The notes under the pieces were generated by a model. The model did no database searches. It saw nothing but the letters and a program-made list of their open reading frames with translations, and had not been told where the DNA came from. A stretch of DNA of 64,000 bases from NCBI GenBank assembly GCA_964016885.1, contig OZ024740.1:7068001-7132000 (forward strand). The letters are read 5' to 3'. The translations under genes and the position numbers were made by a program. The DNA is from Eledone cirrhosa (Eukaryota). Shown in pieces: positions 1-15,300 of this stretch; the stretch's first letter is position 1; each line of letters starts with the position of its first letter.

Positions 1-3000
1 CACATCTGACCTGGGACTATTACCAGCTATGGTGAGGTCTACATTTCACATCTGACCTGGGAATAGTACCAGCTATGGTGAGGCCTACATTTCACATCTG
101 ACCTGGGACTATTACCAGCAATGGTGAGGCCTACATTTCACATCTGACCTGGGACTATTTCCAGCTCCGGCGAGGCCTACATTTCACATCTGACCTGGGA
201 CTATTACCAGCTCTGGTGAAGTCTACATTTCACATCTGACCTGGGACTATTACCAGTTCTGGTGAAACCTACATTTCACATCTGACCTGGGATTATTACC
301 AGCTATGGTGAGGCCTACATTTCACATCTGACCTGGGACTAATACCAGCTCTGGTGAGGTCTACATTTAACATGTGACCTGGGACTATTACCAGCTAAGG
401 TGAGGACTACATTTCACATCTGACCTGGGACTATTACCAGCTATGGCGAGGCCTACATTTCACATCTGACCTGGGACAATAACCAGCTCTGGTGAGGTCT
501 ACATTTGATATCTGACCTGGGACTATTTCCAGCTACGGTGAGGCTTACATTTCACATCTGACCTGGGACTATTACCAGCTCTGGTGAGGCCTACATCTCA
601 CATCTGACCTTGGAATATTACCAGCTATGGTAAGGTCTAGATTTCACATCTGACCTGGGACTATTACCAGCTCTGGTGAGGTCTACATTTCACATCTGAC
701 CTGGGACTATTACCAGCAAAGGTGGGGTCTACATTTCATATCTGACCTGGGACTATTTCCAGCTATGGTGAGGCCTACATTTCACATCTGATCTGAGACT
801 ATTACCAGCTCTGGTGAGGTCTACATTTCACATCTGACCTGGGAATATTACCAGCTCTGGTGAGGTCTACATTTCACATCTGACCTGGGACTATTACCAG
901 CTCTGGTGAGGCCTACATTTCACATCTGACCTGGGAATATTACCAGCTCTGGTGATGTCTACCATTCACATATGACCTGGCAATATTACCAGCTATGGTA
1001 AGGTCTAGATTTCACATCTGACCTGGGACTATTACCAGCTATGGTGAGACCTACATTTCACATCTGACCTGGGAGTATTACCAGCTCTGGTGAGACCTAC
1101 TTTCACATCTGACCTGGGACTATTACCAGCTCTGGTGAGGCCTACATTTCACATCTGACCTGGAAATATTACCAGCTATGGTGGGGGCTACATTTCACAT
1201 CTGACCTGGGATATTACCAGCTATGATGAGGCTTACATTTCACATCTCACCTGGGAATATTACCAGATCTGGTGAGGTCTACATTTCACATCTGACCTGG
1301 GACTATTATCAGCTCTGGTGAGGTCTACATTTCACATCTGACCTGGGACTATTACTAGCTCTGGTGAGGTCTACATTTCACATCTGACCTTGGACAATTT
1401 GCAGCTCTGGTGAGGTCTACATATCACATCTAACCTGGGACTATTACCAGCTCTGCTGGGGTCTACAATTCATATCTGACCTGGGACTATTACCAGCTTT
1501 GGTGAGGCCTACATTTCACATCTGATCTTGGATTATTTCCAGCTCTGGTTAGGACTACATTTCACATCTGACCTTGGACTATTACTAGCTGTGGTGAGGT
1601 CTTCATTTCACATCTGACCTGGGACTATTACCATCTGTGGTAAGGTTACTTTTCACATCTGACAAGGGACTATTACCAGCTCTGGTGAGGTCTACATTTC
1701 ACATGTGACCTGGGACAATTACCAGCTCTGGTGAGGCCTACATTTCATATCTGACCTGGGTCTATTACCAGCTGTGGTGAGGCCTACATTTCACATCTGG
1801 TGTGGGACTATTACCAGCTCTGGTTAGGACTACATTTCGCATCTGAACTGGGACTATTACTAGCTGTGGTAAGGTTTATTTTCACATCTGACCTGGGACT
1901 ATTACCAGATCTGGTGATATCTAGATTTCACATCTGACCTGGGACTATTACCAGCTCTGGTGAGGTCTACATTTCACATCTGACTCGTGACTATTCCCAT
2001 CTCTGGTGAGGTCTACATTTCACATCTGACCTGGGAGTATTTCCAGCTATGGTGAGGCCTGCATTTCACATCTGACCTGCGACTATTACCAGCTATGGTG
2101 AGGTCTACATTTCTCATCTGACCTGGGACCATTACCAGATTTTGTGAGGCCTACATTTCACATCTGACCTGGGACTATTACCAGCTATGGTGAGGTCTAC
2201 ATTTCACATCTGACCTGGGAATATTACCAGTTTTGGTGAGGTCAACATTTCACATCTGACCTGGGAGTATTACTATCTATGGTGAGGCCTATATTTCACA
2301 TCTGACCTGGGACTATTACCAGCTTTGGTAAGGTCTACATTTCACATCTGATCTGGGACTATTACAAGTTCTGGTTAGGACTACATATCACATCTGACCT
2401 TGGACTATTACTAGCTGTGGTGAGGTCTACATTTCACATCTGACGTGGGACTATTACCAGCTGTGGTGAGGTCTACATTTAAAATCTGACCTGGGACTAT
2501 TACCAGCTCTGGTGAGGCCTACATTTCACATCTGACCTGGGACTATTACCAGCTATGGTGAGACCTACATTTCACATCTGACCTGGGAGTATTACCAGCT
2601 CTGGTGAGACCTACTTTCACATCTGACATGGGACTATTACCAGCTCTGGTGAGGCCTACATTTCACATCTGACCTGGAAATATTACCAGCTATGGTGGGG
2701 GCTACATTTCACATCTGACCTGGGACTATTACCAGCTATGGTGAGGTCTACATTTTAACATCTGATCTGGGAATATTACCACCTATGGTGAGGCCTACAT
2801 TTCACATCTGACCTGGGACTATTACCAGCTGAGGTGAGGCCTATATTTCACATCTGACCTGGGACTATTACCATCTATGGTGAGGCCTACATTTCACATC
2901 TGACCTGGGAATATTACCAGCTCTGGTGAGGCCTACATTTCACATCTGACCTTGGAATATTACCAGTTATGGTAAGGTCTAGATTTCACATCTGACCTGG

Positions 3001-6000
3001 GACTATTACTAGCTGTAGTGAAGTAAACATTTCACATTTGACCTGGGACTATTACCAGCTATGGTGAGACCTACATTTCACATCTAACCTGATACTATTA
3101 CCAGCTCTGGTGAGTTTTACATTTCACAACTGACCTGGGACTATTTCCAGCTGTGGTACGGTTTACTTTTCACATCTGACTAGGGACTATTCCCAGCTCT
3201 TCTGAGCCTACATTTCACGTCTGACTTGTGACTATTACCATCTCTGGTGAGGTATACATTATACATCTGACCTGGGACTATTACCAGCTCTGGTGAGGTC
3301 TACATTTCACATCTGACCTGGGACTATTACCAGCTCTGGTGAGGCCTACATTTCACATCTGACCTGGGACTATTACCAGCTCTGGTGAGGTCTACCATTC
3401 ACATATGACCTGGCAATATTACCAGCTATGGTAAGGTCTAGATTTCACATCTGACCTGGGACTATTACAATCTCTGGTGAGGTCTACATTTCACATCTGA
3501 CCTGGGACTATTACCAGCTCTGGTGAGGCCTACATTTCACATCTGACCTGGAAATATTACCAGCTATGGTGGGGCCTACATTTCACATCTGACCTGGGAC
3601 TATTACCAGCTATGATGAGGCTTACATTTCACATCTAATCTGGGACTATTACCAGCTCTGGTGAGGTCTACATTTCACATCTGACCTGGGACTATTATCA
3701 GCTCTGGTGAGGTCTACATTTCACATCTGACCTGGGACTATTACTAGCTCTGGTGAGGTCTACATTTCACATCTGACCTGGGACCATTAGCAGCTCTGGT
3801 GAGGTCTACATATCACATCTAACCTGGGACTATTACCTGCTCTGCTGGGGTCTACATTTCATATCTGACCTGGGACTATTACCAGCTTTGGTGAGGCCTA
3901 CATTTCACATGTGATCTTGGATTATTTCCAGCTCTGGTTAGGACTACATTTCACATCTGACCTTGGACTATTACTAGCTGTGGTGAGGTCTTCATTTCAC
4001 ATCTGACCTGGGACTATTACCATCTGTGGTAAGGTTAATTTTCACATCTGACAAGGGACTATTACCAGCTCTGGTGAGGTCTACATTTCACATGTGACCT
4101 GGGACAATTACCAGCTCTGGTGAGGCCTACATTTCATATCTGACCTGGGTCTATTACCAGCTGTGGTGAGGCCTACATTTCACATCTGGTTTGGGACTAT
4201 TACCAGCTCTGGTTAGGACTACATTTCGCATCTGAACTGGGACTATTACTAGCTGTGGTAAGGTTTACTTTTCACATCTGACCTGAGACTATTACCAGAT
4301 CTGGTGATATCTACATTTCACATCTCACCTGGGACTATTACCAGCTGTGGTGAGACCTACATTTTAATCTCACCTGGGACTAATACCAGCTGTGGTGATG
4401 GCTACATTTCACATCTGACCTGGGAATATTACCAGCTGTGGTGAGACCTACATTTCACATCTGACCTGGGACTATTACCAGCTGTGGTGAGGCTTACATT
4501 TCACATCTGACCTGGGAATATTACCAGCTTTGGTGAGACCTACATTTCACATCTGACCTGGGACTATTACTAGCTGTGGTGAGGCCTACATTGACATCTG
4601 ACCTGGCATTATTACCAGCTATTGTGAGGCCTACATTTCACATCTGACCTTGGAATATTACCAGCTATGGTAAGGTCTAGATTTCACATCTGACCTGGGA
4701 CTATTACTAGCTGTGGTGAGGTATACATTTTACATCTGACCTGGGACTATTACCAGCTCTCGTGAGGTCTACATTTCACATCTGACCTGGGACTATTACG
4801 ATCTATGGTGATGCCTACATTTCACATCAGACCTGGGACTATTACCAGCTCTGGTGAGGTCTACATTTCACATCTGACTTGTGACTATTCCCATCTCTGG
4901 TGAGGTCTACATTTCACCTCTGACCTGGGACTATTACCAGCTATGGTGAGGCCTATATTTCACATCTGAACTTGGAATATTACCAGCTATGGTAAGGTCT
5001 AGATTTCACATCTGACCTGGGACTATTACCAGCTCTGGTGACGTCTACATTTCACATCTGACCTGGGACTATTACCAGCAAAGGTGGGGTCTACATTTCA
5101 TATCTGACCTGGGACTATTTCCAGCTATGGTGAGGCTTACATTTCACATCTGATCTGAGACTATTACCAGCTCTGGTGAGGTCTACATTTCACATCTGAC
5201 CTGGGAATATTACCAGCTCTGGTGAGGTCTACCATTCACATATGACCTGGCAATATTACCAGCTATGGTAAGGTCTAGATTTCACATCTGACCTGGGACT
5301 ATTACCAGCTCTGGTGACGTCTACATTTCACATCTGACCTGGGACTATTACCAGCAAAGGTGGGGTCTACATTTCACATCTGACCTGGAAATATTACCAG
5401 CTATGGTGGGGGCTACATTTCACATCTGACCTGGGACTATTACCAGCTATGATGAGGCTTACATTTCACATCTGACCTGGGACTATTACCAGCTCTGGTG
5501 AGGTCTATATTTCACATCTGACCTGGGACTATTATCAGCTCTGGTGAGGTCTACATTTCACATCTGACCTGGGACTATTACTAGCTCTGGTGAGGTCTAC
5601 ATTTCACATCTGACCTTGGACAAGTTGCAGCTCTGGTGAGGTCTACATATCACATCTAACCTGGGACTATTACCAGCTCTGCTGGGGTCTACAATTCATA
5701 TCTGACCTGGGACTATTACCAGCTTTGGTGAGGCCTACATTTCACATCTGATCTTGGATTATTTCCAGCTCTGGTTAGGACTACATTTCACATCTGACCT
5801 TGGACTATTACTAGCTGTGGTGAGGTCTTCATTTCACATCTGACCTGGGACTATTACCATCTGTGGTAAGGTTACTTTTCACATCTGACAAGGGACTATT
5901 ACCAGCTCTGGTGAGGTCTACATTTCACATGTGACCTGGGATAATTACCAGCTCTGGTGAGGCCTACATTTCATATCTGACCTGGGTCTATTACCAGCTG

Positions 6001-6389
6001 TGGTGAGGCCTACATTTCACATCTGGTGTGGGACTATTACCAGCTCTGGTTAGGACTACATTTCGCATCTGAACTGGGACTATTACTAGCTGTGGTAAGG
6101 TTTATTTTCACATCTGACCTGGGACTATTTCCAGCTCTGGTGAGGTCTACATTTCACATCTGACTCGTGACTATTCCCATCTCTGGTGAGGTCTACATTT
6201 CACATCTGACCTGGGAGTATTACCAGCTATGGTGAGGCCTGCATTTCACATCTGACCTGGGACTATTACCAGCTATGGTGAGGTCTACATTTCACATCTG
6301 ACCTGGGAATATTACCAGTTTTGGTGAGGTCAACATTTCACATCTGACCTGGGACTATTACTATCTATGGTGAGGCCTATATTTCACAT

Positions 6390-9300
6390 CTGACCTGGGA
6401 CTATTACCAGCTTTGGTGAGGTCTACATTTCACATCTGATCTGGGACTATTACAAGTTCTGGTTAGGACTACATATCACATCTGACCTTGGACTATTACT
6501 AGCTGTGGTGAGGTCAACATTTCACATCTGACCTGGGACTATTACTATCTATGGTGAGGCCTATATTTCACATCTGACCTGGGACTATTACCAGCTGTGG
6601 TGAGGTCTACATTTAAAATCTGACCTGGGACTATTACCAGCTCTGGTGAGGCCTACATTTCACATCTGACCTGGGACTATTACCAGCTATGGTGAGACCT
6701 ACATTTCACATCTGACCTGGGAGTATTACCAGCTCTGGTGAGACCTACTTTCACATCTGACCTGGGACTATTACCAGCTCTGGTGAGGCCTACATTTCAC
6801 ATCTGACCTGGAAATATTACCAGCTATGGTGGGGGCTACATTTCACATCTGACCTGGGACTATTACCAGCTCTGGTGAGGCCTGCATTTCACATTTGACC
6901 TGGGACTATTACCAGCTATGGTGAGGTCTACATTTTAACATCTGATCTGGGAATATTACCACCTATCGTGAGGCCTACATTTCACATCTGACCTGGGACT
7001 ATTACCAGCTGAGGTGAGGCCTACATTTCACATCTGACCTGGGACAATTACCATCTATGGTGAGGCCTACATTTCACATCTGACCTGGGACTATTACCAG
7101 CTCTGGTGAGGCCTACATTTCACATCTGACCTTGGAATATTACCAGTTATGGTAAGATCTAGATTTCACATCTGACCTGGGACTATTACTAGCTGTAGTG
7201 AAGTAAACATTTCACATTTGACCTGGGACTATTACCAGCTATGGTGAGACCTACATTTCACATCTAACCTGATACTATTACCAGCTCTGGTGAGTTCTAC
7301 ATTTCACATCTGACCTGGGACTATTTCCAGCTGTGGTACGGTTTACTTTTCACATCTGACTAGGGACTATTCCCAGCTCTTCTGAGCCTACATTTCACGT
7401 CTGACCTGGGACTATTACCAGCTCTGATGAGGTCTACATTTCACATCTGACCTGGGACTATTACCAGCTCTGGTGAGGCCTACATTTCACATCTGACCTG
7501 GGACTATTACCAGCTCTGGTGAGGTCTACCATTCACATATGACCTGGCAATATTACCAGCTATGGTAAGGTCTAGATTTCACATCTGACCTGGGACTATT
7601 ACAATCTCTGGTGAGGTCTACATTTCACATCTGACCTGGGACTATTACCAGCTCTGGTGAGGCCTACATTTCACATCTGACCTGGAAATATTACCAGCTA
7701 TGGTGGGGCCTACATTTCACATCTGACCTGGGACTATTACCAGCTATGATGAGGCTTACATTTCACATCTAATCTGGGACTATTACCAGCTCTGGTGAGG
7801 TCTACATTTCACATCTGACCTGGGACTATTATCAGCTCTGGTGAGGTCTACATTTCACATCTGACCTGGGACTATTACCAGCTTTGGTGAGGCCTACATT
7901 TCACATCTGATCTTGGATTATTACCAGCTCTCGTGAGGTCTACATTTCACATCTGACCTGGGACTATTACGATCTATGGTGATGTCTACATTTCACATCA
8001 GACCTGGGACTATTACCAGCTCTGGTGAGGTCTACATTTCACATCTGACTTGTGACTATTCCCATCTCTGGTGAGGTCTACATTTCACCTGTGACCTGGG
8101 ACTATTACCAGCTATGGTGAGGCCTATATTTCACATCTGAACTTGGAATATTTCCAGCTATGGTAAGGTCTAGATTTCACATCTGACCTGGGAGTATTAC
8201 CAGCTCTGGTGAGGTCTACATTTCACATCTGACCTGGGACTATTACCAGCTATGGTGAGGTCTACATTTCACATCTGACCTGGGAATATTACCAGTTTTG
8301 GTGAGGTCAACATTTCACATCTGACCTGGGACTATTACCAGCTCTGGTGAAGTCTACATTTCACATCTGACCTGGGACTATTACCAGCTCTTGTGAGGTC
8401 TACATTTCACATCTAACCTGGGAATATTACCAGCTCTGGTGAGGTCTACATTTCACATCTGACCTGGGACTATTACCAGGTCTGGTGAGGCCTACATTTC
8501 ACATCTGACCTGAAACTATTACCAGCTTTGGTGAGGCCTACATTTCACATCTGATCTTGGATTATTTCCCAACTCTGGTTAGGACTACATTTCACATCTG
8601 ACCTGGGACTATTACCAGCTCTGGTGAGACCTACATTTCACATCTGACCTGGGACTATTACCAGCTAAGGTGAGGACTACATTTCACATCTGACCTGGGA
8701 CTATTACCAGCTATGGCGAGGCCTACATTTCACATCTGACCTGGGACTATAACCAGCTCTGGTGAGGTCTATATTTCACATCTGACCTGGGACTATTACC
8801 AGCTCTGGTGAGGTCTACATTTCACATCTGACCTGGGACTATTACCAGCTCTGGTGAGGCCTACATTTCACATCTGACCTGGAAATATTACCAGCTATGG
8901 TGGGGGCTACATTTCACATCTGACCTGGGATTATTACCAGCTATGATGAGGCTTACATTTCACATCTGACCTGGGACTATTACCAGATCTGGTGAGGTCT
9001 ACATTTCACATCTGACCTGGGACTATTATCAGCTCTGGTGAGGTCTACATTTCACATCTGACCTGGGACTATTACTAGCTCTGGTGAGGTCTACATTTCA
9101 CATCTGACCTTGGACCATTAGCAGCTCTGGTGAGGTCTACATATCACATCGAACCTGGGACTATTACTAGCTCTGCTGGGGTCTACATTTCATATCTGAC
9201 CTGGGACAATTACCAGCTTTGGTGAGGCCTACATTTCACATCTGATCTTGGATTATTTCCAGCTCTGGTTAGGACTACATTTCACATCTGAGCTGGGACT

Positions 9301-12300
9301 ATTACCAGCTCTGGTGAGGTCTACATTTCACATCTGACCTGGGACTATTACCAGCTCTGGTGAGGCCCACATTTCACATATGACCTGGGAATATTACCAC
9401 TTATGGTGAGGCCTACATTTCACATCTGACCTGGGACTATTACCAGTTCTGGTGAAACCTACATTTCACATCTGACCTGGGATTATTACCAGCTATGGTG
9501 AGGCCTACATTTCACATCTGACCTGGGACTATTACCAGCTCTGGTGAGGTCTACATTTAACATGTGACCTGGGACTATTACCAGCTCTGGTGAGACCTAC
9601 ATTTCACATCTGACCTGGGACTATTACCAGCTAAGGTGAGGACTACATTTCACATCTGACCTGGGACTATTACCAGCTTTGGTGAGGTCTACATTTCACA
9701 TCTGATCTGGGACTATTACAAGTTCTGGTTAGGACTACATATCACATCTGACCTTGGACTATTACTAGCTGTGGTGAGGTCAACATTTCACATCTGACCT
9801 GGGACTATTACTATCTATGGTGAGGCCTATATTTCACATCTGACCTGGGACTATTACCAGCTGTGGTGAGGTCTACATTTAAAATCTGACCTGGGACTAT
9901 TACCAGCTCTGGTGAGGCCTACATTTCACATCTGACCTGGGACTATTACCAGCTATGGTGAGACCTACATTTCACATCTGACCTGGGAGTATTACCAGCT
10001 CTGGTGAGACCTACTTTCACATCTGACCTGGGACTATTACCAGCTCTGGTGAGGCCTACATTTCACATCTGACCTGGAAATATTACCAGCTATGGTGGGG
10101 GCTACATTTCACATCTGACCTGGGACTATTACCAGCTCTGGTGAGGCCTGCATTTCACATTTGACCTGGGACTATTACCAGCTATGGTGAGGTCTACATT
10201 TTAACATCTGATCTGGGAATATTACCACCTATCGTGAGGCCTACATTTCACATCTGACCTGGGACTATTACCAGCTGAGGTGAGGCCTACATTTCACATC
10301 TGACCTGGGACAATTACCATCTATGGTGAGGCCTACATTTCACATCTGACCTGGGACTATTACCAGCTCTGGTGAGGCCTACATTTCACATCTGACCTTG
10401 GAATATTACCAGTTATGGTAAGGTCTAGATTTCACATCTGACCTGGGACTATTACTAGCTGTAGTGAAGTAAACATTTCACATTTGACCTGGGACTATTA
10501 CCAGCTATGGTGAGTTCTACATTTCACATCTGACCTGGGACTATTTCCAGCTGTGGTACGGTTTACTTTTCACATCTGACTAGGGACTATTCCCAGCTCT
10601 TCTGAGCCTACATTTCACGTCTGACTTGTGACTATTACCATCTCTGGTGAGGTATACATTTTACATCTGACCTGGGACTATTACCAGCTCTGATGAGGTC
10701 TACATTTCACATCTGACCTGGGACTATTACCAGCTCTGGTGAGGCCTACATTTCACATCTGACCTGGGACTATTACCAGCTCTGGTGAGGTCTACCATTC
10801 ACATATGACCTGGCAATATTACCAGCTATGGTAAGGTCTAGATTTCACATCTGACCTGGGACTATTACAATCTCTGGTGAGGTCTACATTTCACATCTGA
10901 CCTGGGACTATTACCAGCTCTGGTGAGGCCTACATTTCACATCTGACCTGGAAATATTACCAGCTATGGTGGGGCCTACATTTCACATCTGACCTGGGAC
11001 TATTACCAGCTATGATGAGGCTTACATTTCACATCTAATCTGGGACTATTACCAGCTCTGGTGAGGTCTACATTTCACATCTGACCTGGGACTATTATCA
11101 GCTCTGGTGAGGTCTACATTTCACATCTGACCTGGGACTATTACCAGCTTTGGTGAGGCCTACATTTCACATCTGATCTTGGATTATTACCAGCTCTCGT
11201 GAGGTCTACATTTCACATCTGACCTGGGACTATTACGATCTATGGTGATGCCTACATTTCACATCAGACCTGGGACTATTACCAGCTCTGGTGAGGCCTA
11301 CATTTCACATCTGACTTGTGACTATTCCCATCTCTGGTGAGGTCTACATTTCACCTCTGACCTGGGACTATTACCAGCTATGGTGAGGCCTATATTTCAC
11401 ATCTGAACTTGGAATATTTCCAGCTATGGTAAGGTCTAGATTTCACATCTGACCTGGGAGTATTACCAGCTCTGGTGAGGTCTACATTTCACATCTGACC
11501 TGGGACTATTACCAGCTATGGTGAGGTCTACATTTCACATCTGACCTGGGAATATTACCAGTTTTGGTGAGGTCAACATTTCACATCTGACCTGGGACTA
11601 TTACCAGCTCTGGTGAAGTCTACATTTCACATCTGACCTGGGACTATTACCAGCTCTGGTGAGGTGTACATTTCACATCAAACCTGGGAATATTACCAGC
11701 TCTGGTGAGGTCTACATTTCACATCTGACCTGGGACTATTACCAGGTCTGGTGAGGCCTACATTTCACATCTGACCTGAAACTATTACCAGCTTTGGTGA
11801 GGCCTACATTTCACATCTGATCTTGGATTATTTCCCAACTCTGGTTAGGACTACATTTCACATCTGACATGGGACTATTACCAGCTGTGGTAAGGTTACT
11901 TTTCACATCTGACAAGGGACTATTACCAGCTCTGGTGCGGCCTACATTTCACATCTGACTCGTGACTATTACCATCTCTGGTGAGGTCTACCATTCACAT
12001 ATGACCTGGGAATATTACCAGCTATGGTGAGGCCTACATTTCACATCTGACCTGGGACTATTACCAGTTCTGGTGAAACCTACATTTCACATGTGACCTG
12101 GGACTATTACCAGCTCTGGTGAGACCTACATTTCACATCTGACCTGGGACTATTACCAGCTAAGGTGAGGACTACATTTCACATCTGACCTGGGACTATT
12201 ACCAGCTATGGCGAGGCCTACATTTCACATCTGACCTGGGACTATAACCAGCTCTGGTGAGGTCTATATTTCACATCTGACCTGGGACTATTACCAGCTC

Positions 12301-15300
12301 TGGTGAGGTCTACATTTCACATCTGACCTGGGACTATTACCAGCTCTGGTGAGGCCTACATTTCACATCTGACCTGGAAATATTACCAGCTATGGTGGGG
12401 GCTACATTTCACATCTGACCTGGGATTATTACCAGCCATGATGAGGCTTACATTTCACATCTGACCTGGGACTATTACCAGATCTGGTGAGGTCTACATT
12501 TCACATCTGACCTGGGACTATTATCAGCTCTGGTGAGGTCTACATTTCACATCTGACCTGGGACTATTACTAGCTCTGGTGAGGTCTACATTTCACATCT
12601 GACCTTGGACCATTAGCAGCTCTGGTGAGGTCTACATATCACATCGAACCTGGGACTATTACTAGCTCTGCTGGGGTCTACATTTCATATCTGACCTGGG
12701 ACAATTACCAGCTTTGGTGAGGCCTACATTTCACATCTGATCTTGGATTATTTCCAGCTCTGGTTAGGACTACATTTCACATCTGAGCTGGGACTATTAC
12801 CAGCTCTGGTGAGGTCTACATTTCACATCTGACCTGGGACTATTACCAGCTCTGGTGAGGCCCACATTTCACATATGACCTGGGAATATTACCACTTATG
12901 GTGAGGCCTACATTTCACATCTGACCTGGGACTATTACCAGTTCTGGTGAAACCTACATTTCACATCTGACCTGGGATTATTACCAGCTATGGTGAGGCC
13001 TACATTTCACATCTGACCTGGGACTATTACCAGCTCTGGTGATGTCTACATTTAACATGTGACCTGGGACTATTACCAGCTCTGGTGAGACCTACATTTC
13101 ACATCTGACCTGGGACTATTACCAGCTAAGGTGAGGACTACATTTCACATCTGACCTGGGACTATTACCAGCTTTGGTGAGGTCTACATTTCACATCTGA
13201 TCTGGGACTATTACAAGTTCTGGTTAGGACTACATATCACATCTGACCTTGGACTATTACTAGCTGTGGTGAGGTCAACATTTCACATCTGACCTGGGAC
13301 TATTACTATCTATGGTGAGGCCTATATTTCACATCTGACCTGGGACTATTACCAGCTGTGGTGAGGTCTACATTTAAAATCTGACCTGGGACTATTACCA
13401 GCTCTGGTGAGGCCTACATTTCACATCTGACCTGGGACTATTACCAGCTATGGTGAGACCTACATTTCACATCTGACCTGGGAGTATTACCAGCTCTGGT
13501 GAGACCTACTTTCACATCTGACCTGGGACTATTACCAGCTCTGGTGAGGCCTACATTTCACATCTGACCTGGAAATATTACCAGCTATGGTGGGGGCTAC
13601 ATTTCACATCTGACCTGGGACTATTACCAGCTCTGGTGAGGCCTGCATTTCACATTTGACCTGGGACTATTACCAGCTATGGTGAGGTCTACATTTTAAC
13701 ATCTGATCTGGGAATATTACCACCTATCGTGAGGCCTACATTTCACATCTGACCTGGGACTATTACCAGCTGAGGTGAGGCCTACATTTCACATCTGACC
13801 TGGGACAATTACCATCTATGGTGAGTCCTACATTTCACATCTGACCTGGGACTATTACCAGCTCTGGTGAGGCCTACATTTCACATCTGACCTTGGAATA
13901 TTACCAGTTATGGTAAGGTCTAGATTTCACATCTGACCTGGGACTATTACTAGCTGTAGTGAAGTAAATATTTCACATTTGACCTGGGACTATTACCAGC
14001 TATGGTGAGACCTACATTTCACATCTAACCTGATACTATTACCAGCTCTGGTGAGTTCTACATTTCACATCTGACCTGGGACTATTTCCAGCTGTGGTAC
14101 GGTTTACTTTTCACATCTGACTAGGGACTATTCCCAGCTCTTCTGAGCCTACATTTCAAGTCTGACTTGTGACTATTACCATCTCTGGTGAGGTATACAT
14201 TTTACATCTGACCTGGGACTATTACCAGCTCTGATGAGGTCTACATTTCACATCTGACCTGGGACTATTACCAGCTCTGGTGAGGCCTACATTTCACATC
14301 TGACCTGGGACTATTACCAGCTCTGGTGAGGTCTACCATTCACATATGACCTGGCAATATTACCAGCTATGGTAAGGTCTAGATTTCACATCTGACCTGG
14401 GACTATTACAATCTCTGGTGAGGTCTACATTTCACATCTGACCTGGGACTATTACCAGCTCTGGTGAGGCCTACATTTCACATCTAACCTGGAAATATTA
14501 CCAGCTATGGTGGGGCCTACATTTCACATCTGACCTGGGACTATTACCAGCTATGATGAGGCTTACATTTCACATCTAATCTGGGACTATTACCAGCTCT
14601 GGTGAGGTCTACATTTCACATCTGACCTGGGACTATTATCAGCTCTGGTGAGGTCTACATTTCACATCTGACCTGGGACTATTACCAGCTTTGGTGAGGC
14701 CTACATTTCACATCTGATCTTGGATTATTACCAGCTCTCGTGAGGTCTACATTTCACATCTGACCTGGGACTATTACGATCTATGGTGATGCTTACATTT
14801 CACATCAGACCTGGGACTATTACCAGCTCTGGTGAGGTCTACATTTCACATCTGACTTGTGACTATTCCCATCTCTGGTGAGGTCTACATTTCACCTCTG
14901 ACCTGGGACTATTACCAGCTATGGTGAGGCCTATATTTCACATCTGAACTTGGAATATTTCCAGCTATGGTAAGGTCTAGATTTCACATCTGACCTGGGA
15001 GTATTACCAGCTCTGGTGAGGTCTACATTTCACATCTGACCTGGGACTATTACCAGCTATGGTGAGGTCTACATTTCACATCTGACCTGGGAATATTACC
15101 AGTTTTGGTGAGGTCAACATTTCACATCTGACCTGGGACTATTACCAGCTCTGGTGAAGTCTACATTTCACATCTGACCTGGGACTATTACCAGCTCTTG
15201 TGAGGTCTACATTTCACATCTAACCTGGGAATATTACCAGCTCTGGTGAGGTCTACATTTCACATCTGACCTGGGACTATTACCAGGTCTGGTGAGGCCT

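Noticed and set aside
11-36. CTGGGACTA/CTGGGATTA resembles the antisense Alu/7SL-derived motif GCTGGGACTACAGG
   Set aside because: This is only a 9-bp match with no further SINE similarity, A-tail or target-site duplication.
837-870. GACCTGGGAATATTACCAG resembles the 3' part of eukaryotic 5S rRNA (CCTGGGAATACC)
   Set aside because: The match is only about 10 bp, occurs in a minority variant, and no other part of 5S (box A, 5' domain) is present.
7420-7435. CTGATGAG variant resembling the hammerhead ribozyme core, as in newt satellite 2 or schistosome satellite repeats
   Set aside because: It is a rare one-base variant of CTGGTGAG. There is no stem II followed by GAAA on the same strand, and no flanking helices with an NUH site.
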